Notes under the pieces: generated by a model | What the model was told of the DNA's origin: nothing | The model's input: the letters and a program-made list of their open reading frames with translations, nothing else | Databases searched by the model: none | Position numbers and translations under genes: made by a program | Part shown: in pieces, positions 36,976 to 49,933 of the stretch | Numbering within the stretch: position 1 is the first letter of the stretch | Layout: each line of letters starts with the position of its first letter | Source of the DNA: Octopus bimaculoides | Lineage: Eukaryota | Assembly: GCF_001194135.2 (NCBI RefSeq) | Contig: NC_068981.1 | Coordinates: 149,153,822 to 149,217,821, forward strand | Direction: 5' to 3' | DNA: 64,000 nt

Positions 36976-39029
36976 AAAAGCCTAACAAAGACACTGCGCT
37001 TATCCAATACATACATGCTTGCTCAACTGTGTAATAATATATGACTGCAGCAAAATGCTTGTAATAGTTTCAAATATAGACAGAAGTTCAGAAATGTTAT
37101 GAGTAGGCTATAGAAAATTAAATGCCCCAGTATTTGATAAGTATTTATTTTATAGATTCCGGAAAAAAATTAAGACTAAGAAGGGAAAAATAAAGCAAAA
37201 TTTAAAACTGAATTTAGAGACTAAAGCAGATATTGCTACTGTCTTTTAAGATAAATGGTATTGTCAGAAAGATGGTTAATATTTTGTATTTGGATTGCAG
37301 TTATCATGAAGTCGAAGTATGGCGTCAATAGTAATTTGATTGCTGTCATCTCTCTTGTTAAAAAAATGGAATTCTCAACATTACAGGACTTACATTACAG
37401 TCTATATTCTATCCCAGTCAACACCTTAACTAATTTTAATTTTACCATTGAAATGAACATGACACATAGTGGCAAGATGACCTGCTGGAAATAGCAGCCA
37501 ATTCTCCTTCACGACATATCCAAGTTTTTAAACGTGAATTTGAAGACGTAGTCCGAGATTCACTGTTTGAAAAAATAGTTGCTTGATAATAAGTTTACTT
37601 GACCAATGATGATCTAAGAATATAGAAACAAAAATAATGACGACGGCACACTACCGCCACTAACAATATTAAAGAAAGCAAACTAACTAACCAAAAAACA
37701 AAATCTTATTGCATGCTCGAAATTGATGAACAGCTTTGTGGATCAGAAGAATAAGATCCTTATTTGTCACAGAATACCTCGAGTTCGAATTAATATGTAT
37801 ACCTCGTGAGGGCCGCTTCTTCAGAACATTAACATGTGCTTGACTGTTGCACAATTATTATCATACTCAGCTCGGGATCAAAATCATAGTTCGAAATCAG
37901 ACAGCAAAGTGAACTTTGCATCACTGGAAAAATAATAATTTTTAAATTTTTTTATTTGTATGACAGTTAACAAAGTGTAACATTCGCTACATTAAAAATA
38001 ATAATAATAAAAAACTGCCATGACTGTCTAAGAGGAAGGAAGGAAGGAAGGAAGAATCTACAATTAATAGGATTTCATCAGAGTAGAGTTCTTATCCGAA
38101 TGCGTACGACTAAGTGGAACTTTGATAAAGTCACTAATAGAGCAGCCAGGTTATTTTGCAAGTATACTCTCGAAAACCTTACAGAGTTCATTCTACAGTA
38201 TTCCGACCATCTACGTCTGCTATGCACTTGGCTGGATCGAACTTACCTCTACGTGATTGCGAAGCGAAATTCTCGACAACACAGTCATATTTTGTTACAG
38301 AGAGAATTTCCATTGCTTTACTCAGAATTTGCAGGTGAGACACAGTGATATTAGGATTTCGGACTGTCAGCTAATGAAACATCGTTAATCTCTAGGCTTT
38401 TGTGCCTTATAGTTGGCAACTGACAACCTAATTAGGAAATGTGGCAATTAAAAAATCTGACTGGAGTACTGGCGAGGAATACAGCAAATAGTTGAAACCC
38501 TTTCGATCGGCCATGTTTGACAGCAAATGCAAGCACATGGAACGATAATAAATATAAACCCATAAAAAGATCGACCAATCAATTGCTACACATAAAAAAA
38601 AAAAGAAGCTATTATGAAATTTGTCTAAATTCAATAGTTCCTTGATCTGCAAGTGTCTATACCCGAAATAAGCCGGACCTGCTACTTAATTTTAAAGTCA
38701 GATTGTTCCATTATCATGGAACAATCTCGATCGCGAGTTCTTCTGAAGCCGAAACCATGTAAAATTATGGGCTCCATTAGACTGACTATTCGTGATTTAC
38801 TACATAAAAATACTTAAGTGCAGACTTTTTAGAGTTACTAGATATTGCTTTACAATGAGTCTTACACTGATTTCTTATCACGAAGCTTGAAAATGTAAGA
38901 TGAGCTAATGACCTGCAATAATTACGAACATATAATATGTGTGAGTGTGTGTGCATGCGTGTACATACACACACACATGTATATGTATATCTGCGTATAT
39001 TTGCGTGTGTTTTGTAGGATATGCATATA

Positions 39030-39131
<102 letters not shown>

Positions 39132-39267
39132 TACATTCAATGCGTTAGAAAATCCATTTTAACTTTTGAATTTTAAAAAGAATTCTCACATTTAAAATAC
39201 AACCACAATTTCCGACACAAAGTGTAATGGCGAATATTCTTAGTAAAAACAGCACGAGGAAGCTACA

Positions 39268-39457
39268 GCGTGGCTGCTCGACAGCTAGCGATAGTAGCCA
39301 AATTTCACTCAAATCATTCCCTATGTCTTAAAAATACAGAAGGCCATAATAACTACTATAGTCCGGGATATACTGTCTCTTGGTAAAATACCGGATGATC
39401 AGTTAGAATGCTTTGGTCATAAGTCTGATTCGATATCGAACTAATCAACAGCAACAA
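39268..39457 (+). mobile_element. Old interspersed repeat family E (SINE-like)
   Basis: GCGTGG.T.CTCGAC..GCTAG..ATAG.AGCCAAAT.TC.CTCAAATC; related pieces at about 37470-37625, 42480-42650 and 56728-56975. Confidence 0.45.
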
Positions 39458-40060
39458 TTACAAAATGTTTATCGAACAAATGAAAAAGATTTTTGCGGGG
39501 ACTGCTCAGCATGTTAAGTGTTACAGCTAAATTTCACCTCAACTTACTTATTCGCTACTGACTTAAAACATAATAGAGAATTTAATATAAACAATAATAC
39601 CAAAATATGTAGGAAAGTAACAACTGTAGTGTTGTTGGAATGATGTAATGTTGAGATGAATTTGAATGTGAAGATTTATCAGATGAATATGAAATAAATT
39701 TGAAGGTAACGGCGCTGCAACCCCTAAACAAATATGAACATTCCAGTATAAAATGTGCATAGATACAAACAACAGAAATCAATACTCTAAACTAAATATA
39801 TTTGGGCCAATAAGAAAGATAGAGAAGTATTGCCGTTGACTTCCTTTTAAACTCCCCATAACCGTTATTGCTTCTCACAGTGTAACAACTGAAACAACAA
39901 GCAATATCCTAACACCAGCATATAACACAAATTACGAAGCGAGCGAGTGAGATTTTCCTTTTCGCTCGACTTGCTTGAATTACAAATAAAAATTGTTTAT
40001 ATTTAAAATGTATTTATGAAAATATCGAGAAACGTGTAAATAAGACATCTATAAATGATA

Positions 40061-40869
40061 TATTGTGTTGTCAGGGAACTTTCATTTCAATATTGTTTGA
40101 ATTTGTGGTGCTTTTAGCTCTGTTTTCCTCTGCAACTTCTGATTTTACATATAACATATAACTTCTGATTTTACATATAACATATAACTTCTGATTTTAC
40201 ATATAACATATAACTTCTGATTTTACATATAACATATAACGATGGAATATCAAGTAGATAAATGTGAGCATTTTCGGTATCTGCTTTTCCTCGCTTCCAG
40301 TCAAAGTTCCAAAACGGTCAAAGCCGCTCGAAACATTTGTGTTGTGAACACAGAAGGCACTATTTTTGAAAGAACTGCATACAAATGGTTTTCATGCTTG
40401 AAGGAAAGAAAATTTGACCTCACAGACTCTCCATCTTCTGGCTGACCTGTTCAGTTCATTAAAGATGGATTAAACAAAATTATCCATGAGGATGCACACA
40501 AATCAACTCAAGAATTCACCCAGTAGAAGAGTTCGGTTGGGAAGTTCTGCCGCACCCAACCTATTCTTCTGATATAACACCTTTAAACTATCACCTTTTC
40601 GCTCACTGTCCAACAGTTAACGAGGCGTTTCGTTCAACAACGATGTGGAGCTGAAAACGCGGTTCAATGAATTAATTCCTGGAGACGAAACTGATGGTTT
40701 CATCTGTCAAGCCATTGGCACGCCAGTGGAATGCTAGTAAGAAGTTGTAAACATTGAAAGAGAATCTATTACTGACTGATTTGTTTAAATTGTTGATGAA
40801 AAATATAGAATAAAATAAAGGTGGTGGTGGGGGAGAAAAAAACGACCGAATTTATCTAACAACCCAATA
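40061..40869 (+). mobile_element. Internally deleted mariner transposon (transposase pseudogene)
   Basis: TIR-like TATTGTGTTGTCAG / CTAACAACCCAATA; MEYQVDKCEHFR..KAARNIC..WFS..FDLTDSPSSG (HTH domain) from 40242, joined to GWEVLPHPTYSSDITPLNYHLF (YSPDLAP.D motif) at about 40530-40600. Confidence 0.9.
40134..40237. repeat. 26-bp tandem repeat x4 in the mariner 5' UTR
   Basis: AACTTCTGATTTTACATATAACATAT x4 directly before the transposase ATG. Confidence 0.95.
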
Positions 40870-41179
40870 TGTCGAATGTCAATCTATCTATATTATTCAT
40901 GTCTGGACGGAAATTCGAAATACACTTTTTATAGAAGACCTATTTACATAATTCAAATGCCCCCCCCCACTTCAATACCCACTTCCAACCATCTTAAAAC
41001 AAGAAGGGCCCACAAAATGATGTACTCCAAAAAACGCTGAATAAATGATGAGATGGTCATAGTTGGTTTGTTTTTGATTATAGCAATGCTCTATAAGCGT
41101 TAACATGAGGCAAAAACAAACAAAAAACAAAAAAATCATCGCAACAACTAAAGTAGCTAAACTACCAAAGTAACCATAA

Positions 41180-42200
41180 CAAGCAAAAGAACATGACTGT
41201 TTATCTTATAGAGCGCAAATATTATTTGGGAATACTTTCGTAGAATGTACTTAGCAATCAAGCAAGAAACAAAGTTTCTTTCAAAATACAGGATCCCTGA
41301 AATCCAAGATTACACCTTGATAAAGTAATTCAGACTACGTCAGAGATACGAATGCCTTACACAGATAAAGCCATCCGTCTAGTATACAGATGCCACAAAC
41401 AAAACCCAAACAAATAGGGCATGACACACGCTAGAAATATAAGAATTCAAACTAAAAAAAACTCAAAACGGTAGCACAAGAATATTAGTACGTAGCACCA
41501 TCAACTCCACCCGCTGTCCTGCCAGTCCACATACTCAAACTACTGTTTATGTACTAGGATGTTTTTCTTTAGATGTATTAAAATGTATTTACAACATGCC
41601 GTCTTAAAGAGTGACGCAGAAAATAATTTTATAGAAGGTACTCTATTCCTGATAAAGGGTCGGTATAATCATGAGTAGAATACTGTTGATCAAAGATGGA
41701 TGGGTTAAACAACTGCGATAATATAAGCAAAACCAATGATTTCACATATTAACACTCTTAAATGCCATCATTAGAATACTATTTCAATGAACATAATACA
41801 TCTACATCCTAAAAATCTATACAAACATACCGGCATCCTGTATTAAACTCACAACTCTATCTATTCTATAGAAAACTTTTTCTGTCCCACAAACTTGCAG
41901 ACCGTATCAAGGAACACTATATTTTCTCGACCATTCGAACATCGATCACCAAATCATTCCTACAAAACTGGAGGAAACGAAGACATTCGAAGAAACATTT
42001 TAAACAGGTCGTAACATTCAACACTACGTCACATTCCCAAAACGTATATACTGCCGTGCATACACTCAATAGAATAATTATAAATTCTTTCAAGGTATCA
42101 TAACAAGGAAAAAAGAAAAATCCGATATGTGGGACACAATTAATGAAACTTTAAGAGAGCATCAAATCAAATGCAAACACACTAACAGCCTGCAGAAAAA
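41180..42200 (+). mobile_element. Possible highly decayed LINE APE-endonuclease region
   Basis: Only short motifs LAIKQETK (about 41255) and IDHQI (about 41945) in A-rich sequence. Confidence 0.2.
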
Positions 42201-42824
42201 GAAGTAAAAAAAGAAAAAGAAAAGAAGAAATGAGGAATAACAATGAAAAGTAAATATTTGCTTCTAACATGAGTCTGAAAATAAGAACTTAAAAATTAAA
42301 ATGCAAATTAATTAGCAGCATCAACAATAATAGCACGTACCACGATCAAAACTTCAGGTAACATATTTACACCCAAACAGCAAGTGAATTTCACCGATCA
42401 AGTCCTTTTCCAAAACAGTGGCTAGTTAAAAGTCCCACAACAACTACAAAAAAACAATCACAATATGCAAATGAGGTGCCATCTACGCGGTTACTCGACC
42501 CGTCAAAAATAGGAACTGAAATCTCCCTAAAATTTCACTAGTCTACTGACTAAATGAAAAAGATAGATAAACGAAGGTAATACTAGATATACAAACAAAT
42601 GGGTTAGTTGTGGCTGAAGCACCTAGTCAATGAGGTACACAACAACAACGTCAACAATCTGGATATAGCGTTCTGGGATTGAAAATAAAGCCGTGAAATC
42701 ATGTACTCTTGAAAAGGTGAACATGTCGGAGGATTTCCTTCAAAATCAATAAAAACAGGAATATGAATAAAGAATTGTTATAAAATCGATAACTTCTTGA
42801 TTTCCGATAATGAACTCACACTTG

Positions 42825-42995
42825 AAAGCGGTGAGCTGATAGAATCGTTAGCAGGCCCGGCGAAATGCTTAGCAGCATTTCGTCTGTCTCTACGTTCTGA
42901 GTTCAAATTCCGCCGAGGTCGACTTTTCCTCTCATCCTTTCGGCGTCGATAAACTAAGTACCAGCTGCGTACTGGGTTTGATCTAATACACTGGA
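42825..42995 (+). mobile_element. SINE family A
   Basis: GGTGAGCTG..AGAATCGTTAGC..GTTCTGAGTTCAAATTCCGCCGAGGTCGACTTT. Confidence 0.85.
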
Positions 42996-43208
42996 ATAAA
43001 TATCCATACTAGAACGTTTACCGTCTGATGTCTGTCGATTTTGTATCCTCTCCACTTTCTTATTTGCCTATTTAAATGTACATAAATATATATATAATTT
43101 TGCTAACTTAACTTTGATAGGTTTCGGCCAGTATAAGCCCAGACCATGTTTAACTCAATAGCACCACCTGGTGAAGTCTTTCAATCATATATGGGGTACC
43201 ATAGCCCA

Positions 43209-43252
<44 letters not shown>

Positions 43253-43255
<3 letters not shown>

Positions 43256-43285
43256 CTGTTGAAGAGCGTAGCTCGAAACGTCAAA
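43253..43285 (+). ncRNA. Minimal hammerhead motif (A6>U), GAGCGTC..CTAATAC family
   Basis: TTT-CTGTTGA-A-GAGC(GTA)GCTC-GAAA-CG-TC^AAA; the carrier (about 43253-43380) is flanked by (TA)n on both sides. Confidence 0.55.
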
Positions 43286-43775
43286 GACTTTCCGTATTCC
43301 CGAGCGTCATACTAATACATCCTTTTGTTATTTACACCACCTGCCCTCGTCTGTTGTTGTTTTTTCGTATATTCTCCCATATATATATATATATATATAT
43401 ATANNNNNNNNNNNNNNNNNNNNNNNNNNNNNNNNNNNNNNNNNNNNNNNNNNNNNNNNNNNNNNNNNNNNNNNNNNNNNNNNNNNNNNNNNNNNNNNNN
43501 NNNNNNNNNNNNNNNNNNNNNNNNNNNNNNNNNNNNNNNNNNNNNNNNNNNNNNNNNNNNNNNNNNNNNNNNNNNNNNNNNNNNNNNNNNNNNNNNNNNN
43601 NNNNNNNNNNNNNNNNNNNNNNNNNNNNNNNNNNNNNNNNNNNNNNNNNNNNNNNNNNNNNNNNNNNNNNNNNNNNNNNNNNNNNNNNNNNNNNNNNNNN
43701 NNNNNNNNNNNNNNNNNNNNNNNNNNNNNNNNNNNNNNNNNNNNNNNNNNNNNNNNNNNNNNNNNNNNNNNNNNN

Positions 43776-43809
<34 letters not shown>

Positions 43810-43813
<4 letters not shown>

Positions 43814-44375
43814 TGTATTTGTGTGTTTGTCCCCACCCCATCGCTTGAACACCGATGTTAGTGTGTTTATGTCCTCATAACTTAACTGTTCGGCTAAAGT
43901 CGGATGTAGAAAGTTTGTTGAACACAGTGTGACACGACTGTTGTTATCGTTAGGCCTAACTCATCGTAAAGTAAATACCACCATGACCGATATTCAAACT
44001 ACAGTGGAAAAGGCTAGCCACTCAAGAGACGATGAGCGATGGCTAGAAGAATATTGAGTTTTATTTGATAACCAGTTAATCAAGCAAGTGGGGCCTCATA
44101 CCATTGAGGGAGGCCGGTTTGCATTGATGCTGCAATGAGTTAGGCCCCGAAACGGCGCGCATTCTCTCCTGATGACCCCATACACTTGCTGGCTTTCGGT
44201 ATGCGGAGTTCTCGACTGGTAGCACTTGCATGTGCAAGTTGTTTGCAAAACAATCTAAGTAATAGGTTACAAAAATAAGTCCTCGAGTCGATTTGTTCGA
44301 CTAAAACCCCTTAAGGTGGTGCTCCAGAATGGCCGCAGTCACATGACTGAAACAATTAAAAGAATAAATGAATAA
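43810..44375 (+). mobile_element. SINE family B 3' half interrupted by an insert of about 350 bp (about 43901-44255)
   Basis: The B body breaks after GTTCGGCTAAAG and resumes at TAAGTAATAGG..AATAAGTCCTCGAGTCGATTTG. Confidence 0.65.
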
Positions 44376-44384
44376 AAGAATATA

Positions 44385-44425
<41 letters not shown>

Positions 44426-44461
44426 GCATGTGTATGCCTGTGCGTATCTCTCTCACTCTTT

Positions 44462-44820
44462 CTAGTGGCTGTGTGGTAAGTAGCTTGCTTACGAACCACA
44501 TGGTTCCGGGTTCAGCCCCACTTCGTGGCACCTTGGACAAGTGTCTTCTACTATAGCCTCGGGCCGACCAAAGCCTTGTGAGTGGATTTGGTAGACGGAA
44601 ATTGAAAGAAGCCCGTCGTATATATGTATATGTATATATGTACGTGTGTGTGTGTGTATATGTTTGTGTGTCTGTGTTTGTCCCCACCAACATCGCATGA
44701 CAACCGATGCTGGTGTGGTTACGGGGACGTAACTTAGCGGTTCAACAAAAGAGACCGATAGAATAAGTAGTAGGCTTACAAAGAATAAGAATAAGAATAA
44801 GTAAAAAAGTAAAAGAGAGT
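44462..44820 (+). mobile_element. SINE family B, full length
   Basis: AGTGGCTGTGTGGTAAGTAGCTTGCTT head, internal microsatellite, truncated 3' block. Confidence 0.9.
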
Positions 44821-44824
44821 AATG

Positions 44825-44890
<66 letters not shown>

Positions 44891-46104
44891 AATATATATA
44901 TACTCTGACTTTCAATGAAGTTTTTAGAAGTAAATTTTCTTCAGTCTCCCTGGAAAGAATCGACCGATCATTGAAGTCAATGCATTTTCTTTTCTTTTTT
45001 TCTTTTCATTTTTATATTCAGGCTTTTTGCTTTTTATTATTTCGATTGAAAGACTGAAAGACAAAAGCAGAGTTGAAAGTCATAGAAGTCATAAGTCGGC
45101 GCCATACAGTCTCTAGCATTTTGTTATCTCAAATACTGGTCGTAAGAACTTCATACGCCCTTTGACGACGATCAGCTAGAGTCTAAGATATAATTTGATG
45201 ACGACGACGAACACTGCAGATTTTGGTAGCTTGATGTGTGTGAGGGCGTCGAGGTAAAGACAGAAAAAGAGAGAGATGGAAAGAGTAAGACAAAAAATGG
45301 TGGGGGTGGGTGGAGAGAGAGAGAAAAAAATGTAGAGGCTGGGTTAGAGGCGACCACCCATAAATTCATTCAAAGACCGTTATCCAAGTGAAGTAAAACG
45401 AAGTACAGGTGGTGGTGTGTACGAGCTGGCTTGCCGTGCGACTCCGCCCCACCCGAGTTCTTCCGAGCACTAATGTAAAAACCAACTTAGTTACTCGAAC
45501 TCTTCAAGACATGAACATTTAGATAACAATATATGTGTATGCTTGCGTGACTAAGTATGTATGTATGCATTATGTATGTGTGTGTGTGTTTATGTATGTG
45601 TATATATAAGTGTGTATGTATGTGTGCATGTATGTGTGTGTGTATCTAAGCATATTTGTATGTACCTATGTATATATTTACACATGCATATATATGTGTC
45701 TATATGTATGTATGATTGTATGTATGTATGAATGAATGTTTGTGTATAAATATTCAGATATTTGCATACGTATGTATATATTCTGTTGTCTGGGGAGAGT
45801 CATTTTCTTATTGTGCCTTAAAATTTAACACAATCACCGGTAAAATTTCCACTTATTATTTTTATTTTCCTAAAATTTTCGTTGCGTCTTGCAACCTTTT
45901 CAATAGTCTTGACTCTGTCCGTTATTTACGCTGCGTTCTGTTTTTGCTTTTGTTTGTTTTGCGCATGCGTGTGTCTCAGTGTGTGTGTATGTATGCATGC
46001 ATGTATGTGTGTATGTGTGTGTATGTATGTATGTGTGTGTGCATATGTATATATGTATGTATGTGTGTGTTTGCATGTATTGCAAACCAAATCCAAAAAC
46101 GAAA

Positions 46105-46440
46105 TATGTATATATTCTTTTCCATGTTTCATTCATTTGACTGTGGTCCAGCTGGCGCACTACTTTGGAGGGTTTTAGTCGAACAAATCGACCCCAGGGC
46201 TTATTTTCTAAAGCCTAGTGCTTATTCTATCGGAATCTTTTGCCGAACCGCTATGTTACGAGACGTAAACACACCAACACCGATTATCAAGCGGTGATGG
46301 GGGACAAACACAGACCAAAGACACACAGTTGCCGTCTACCAAATCCACTCACAAAGATTTGATCGTCCTGAGGGTATAGAAGAAGACACCCGGAACTATG
46401 TTATTGGGAAGCAAGATTCTTACCACACAATTACGACCAC
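46105..46440 (-). mobile_element. SINE family B
   Basis: TCATTTGACTGTGG..ATCGACCCCAGG.CTTATT..CCAAATCCACTCACAA. Confidence 0.8.
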
Positions 46441-46564
46441 ATAGTCATGCCATACATACATGTATGTATCTGTTCCATTTCATAGGTATACAGGGCATAT
46501 ATATTCGAATGTACAGCGGTGTGTGAGAGCATATATATTTACGAACGACAACACTCACACGCAT

Positions 46565-46740
46565 ACAAGCATACTCTACTCTAGGCACAAGGGGTCCAGT
46601 CGATTAGATCGACCTCAGTACGCAATTGGTACTTAATTCATCGACCCCAAAAGGATGAAAGGCAAAGTTGACCTCGCGGAATTTGAACCACTAAGCATTT
46701 CGCCCGGCGTGCTAACGTTTCTGCCAGCTCGCCGACTTAC
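46565..46740 (-). mobile_element. SINE family A
   Basis: GATTAGATCGACC.CAGTACGCAA.TGGTACTTAAT..CTAAGCATTTCGCCCGGCGTGCTAACGTTTCTGCCAGCTCGCC. Confidence 0.85.
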
Positions 46741-47092
46741 AAGCGTATAATAATATAAATATATAACTCCTTGCGTATGTATATAATACTGTGTATGATG
46801 ATATCATTTCAATTCTCTGCACTTCAAGTTCAAATCCTGGCGGGATCACTTCGTGTTTTATTGTTTTAATTAAACAGTACTTATCAGCCGAGTGCTAGTG
46901 TAGAGAGTTCACTTTCCAGCTGCCATTTAGTGGATGTTTCGCAGGGTCACAGGAAAGGTTGACGAAAGGATGTTTCTCTGTGTTCACGACTACATGGGCA
47001 CCTAAGACAATTACATTGGGAATATGCAACCAAGTCATGTTCGATTATGAGCGATAACCTCAATATATAAATACCACACACACACACACACA

Positions 47093-47142
<50 letters not shown>

Positions 47143-47156
47143 TACATACATACATG

Positions 47157-47373
47157 CAGGGTGACCCAAAAGTAGGTTTACAGTTATTCTACTATCTCTT
47201 TCGCATCGCATTCATATATTAACAGTTTAGATCTTCATTATATAAATATATGAAGGCACTATTCTATGCTAATTTAGCTAATTGTAAGATAGAAATTTAA
47301 ATGTAATAAAATGTTTCAAAAGAAATTTAAAGTGCCTACGTGATAACTGTAAGCCTACTTTTGAGCCACCCTG
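47157..47373. mobile_element. Tc1/mariner-type MITE
   Basis: TIR CAGGGTGACCCAAAAGTAGGTTTACAGTTA / TAACTGTAAGCCTACTTTTGAGCCACCCTG, followed by TA. Confidence 0.8.
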
Positions 47374-48000
47374 TATATATATATATATATNNNNNNNNNN
47401 NNNNNNNNNNNNNNNNNNNNNNNNNNNNNNNNNNNNNNNNNNNNNNNNNNNNNNNNNNNNNNNNNNNNNNNNNNNNNNNNNNNNNNNNNNNNNNNNNNNN
47501 NNNNNNNNNNNNNNNNNNNNNNNNNNNNNNNNNNNNNNNNNNNNNNNNNNNNNNNNNNNNNNNNNNNNNNNNNNNNNNNNNNNNNNNNNNNNNNNNNNNN
47601 NNNNNNNNNNNNNNNNNNNNNNNNNNNNNNNNNNNNNNNNNNNNNNNNNNNNNNNNNNNNNNNNNNNNNNNNNNNNNNNNNNNNNNNNNNNNNNNNNNNN
47701 NNNNNNNNNNNNNNNNNNNNNNNNNNNNNNNNNNNNNNNNNNNNNNNNNNNNNNNNNNNNNNNNNNNNNNNNNNNNNNNNNNNNNNNNNAAAAAAAAAAA
47801 AAAAAAAAAAAAAGTTGTTTGCTAAAATCATTGACCATAACTGTAAGTATATATATATTCACACACAATACATTGGTGTAGAAGTAGTAGATATGGACTC
47901 GATTTCAACCGTAAACAACAGCACATTGGGCCGCGTTTTAGGAACTGAACCCCAATGTATGTCGTTTCCTTGTTTTTACATATGTGTGCGCACCACCTCA

Positions 48001-48042
<42 letters not shown>

Positions 48043-48052
48043 NNNNNNNNNN

Positions 48053-48093
<41 letters not shown>

Positions 48094-48095
<2 letters not shown>

Positions 48096-48483
48096 CGTGA
48101 AGTATATTTGCCACCTAAATGTGGTTAATCCTTAAGGGTCAATGTTTCTGTAGCTTGTAGCTCCAGGAAGATATCTCCTCCAGCTGGCTATTGACACACT
48201 ATCTGTGCCCTATCAGTACTTGCAAAGGAAAGTCATCGTTCTCATCTCCAGTCTGACGTGATATACACGGACCCGAGTTTCTAGGTATTGACCCAGGAAC
48301 TCGGGTCCGTGTGTATCATATCAGGCTAGATATGGGAACGATGATTTCCCTTTGCAAATACTGATAGGGCACAGATAGTGTGTCAATAGCCAGCTGGAGA
48401 AAATGCCTTCCTGGGGCTACAAGCTACAGTAGCATCGACCCTTAAGGGTTAGCCACAGTTAGGTGGCAAATATACTTCACGAT
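48094..48483. mobile_element. 390-bp foldback derivative of the 22134-type element, centred on a half-hammerhead
   Basis: Arms reverse-complementary over about 190 bp around GGT-ATTG-ACC (about 48288); each arm reads (G/A)GAAC/GAAAC-TCGG-GTC^CGTGT outward from the centre. Confidence 0.85.
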
Positions 48484-49073
48484 CTCGTGCAGATACTGTT
48501 TATAACTCGCTCAGAGATTTATAATACATACATACATACATATATNNNNNNNNNNATGTATGTATATACACACACATACACGCACACACACACATATATA
48601 TTTGCACATAAGTATAAATAGATATGTACATACGTGCGTGTGTGTGTCTGTGTCTGTGTCTGTTTATCTGTGTCCACGTGTTTGTGTTTATAATATGTAC
48701 GTTTTTGGCTAATGTCAGACATGATTGGTGGTACTGGTGCCCGGGTAAAATATGTCTCTCTTTATCCAAGTGTATAATGCTAATGTTGGCCATAAATGCC
48801 AGTGTATATTAGTGGATTTTATTGAGAGATTACATAAAACAATTATATATATCGTATGGGAGGTCGTCATCAGCCATGTCTGCATGTTATTTTTGACTGT
48901 GTTGTGTATTTACGTTGGGAGTGGCATAGATCATTTATGCTTGTATATAACAGTTTGTCGAGGGGTGGCCATAAGCTAACAGAATTAACGATATCTGTCG
49001 CAGTCACTGTCAACCTATCTACATATATACGCTATCATATGTCTATGCCTATCTATTTGTCTTTCTCGCTATA

Positions 49074-49131
<58 letters not shown>

Positions 49132-49221
49132 TCTGTCTCTCTCTCTCTCTGTCTGTCTCTCTCTCTGCCTGTCTGTTCACATATATGAGTGTACGTGCAC
49201 GTGTATATTTGTTTGTGTGTG

Positions 49222-49257
<36 letters not shown>

Positions 49258-49276
49258 TACACACAAACTTACACAT

Positions 49277-49820
49277 GTATCGGCTGTTGCTTACTAAGCA
49301 ATACTATCCATCGTGACATCATGTGACCTTTGATCAATTGCAGTCCATCCACCGGTAGCCATTTTGGACTTCGTGTACGCCTGTTCATTCGGATATCCCA
49401 CCAGCCTGATGCGACAGCCTCCCTGAGGGACTTGTGAAAGTTGAAGTAGCAAGGAATTCGAACCAAACCTTTGAATAATGCATGTAACTCCTAAAAATTG
49501 CGTTGAGTGCCATACACACGCATCTGCGCGCGCTAGTGTGTATGTGTGTATGACGGAGTGAGTGGACAAATGAAAGAAGGGACACTCAACATATTTTTTT
49601 GGAGTTACATGTATTATTCAAAGCAGTTTGATTCGGATTCCTTGCTACTTCAAGTCTTACAAACCCCTAAGGGAGGTTGTCGCATCAGGTTGGTGGGATA
49701 TCCGAATGAACAGGCGTACAAGAAGTCCAAGATGGCTACTGGTAGATGGACTGCAATTGGTCAAAGAAGGTCACATGATATCACAATGGATAGTACTACT
49801 TAGTAAGCGACAGCCGATAC
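49277..49820. mobile_element. Foldback element with arms of about 240 bp, each containing a degenerate hammerhead
   Basis: Arms about 49277-49520 and 49580-49820; motif TTCGGATATCCC..CTGATGC-G-ACA..TCCC(NNA)GGG..TTGT-GAAA(G)/AAGAC-TTGAA-GTA^GCAAGGAAT(T/C)CGAA. Confidence 0.8.
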
Positions 49821-49933
49821 GTGTGTACGTTAGTATGAGGTGGGTAAGTGTACACACACGCGCACACACACGCGCACACACACACATATATAAAGCTTCC
49901 AGTTATATATATATATATATATAAAGATATATA

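Noticed and set aside
37770-37830. Minus-strand CTGAAGA...GAACTCGAGGTA
   Set aside because: No stem I or II pairing and a damaged GAAA.
38700-38770. 12-bp hairpin followed by CTGAAG-CC-GAAAC-CAT-GTA
   Set aside because: Stem II is missing and stem I does not pair; may be chance.
45120-45460. Promoter or UTR exon (GC box CTCCGCCCC, GAG|GTAAAG donor)
   Set aside because: Motifs are too short, and there is no linked ORF or acceptor evidence.
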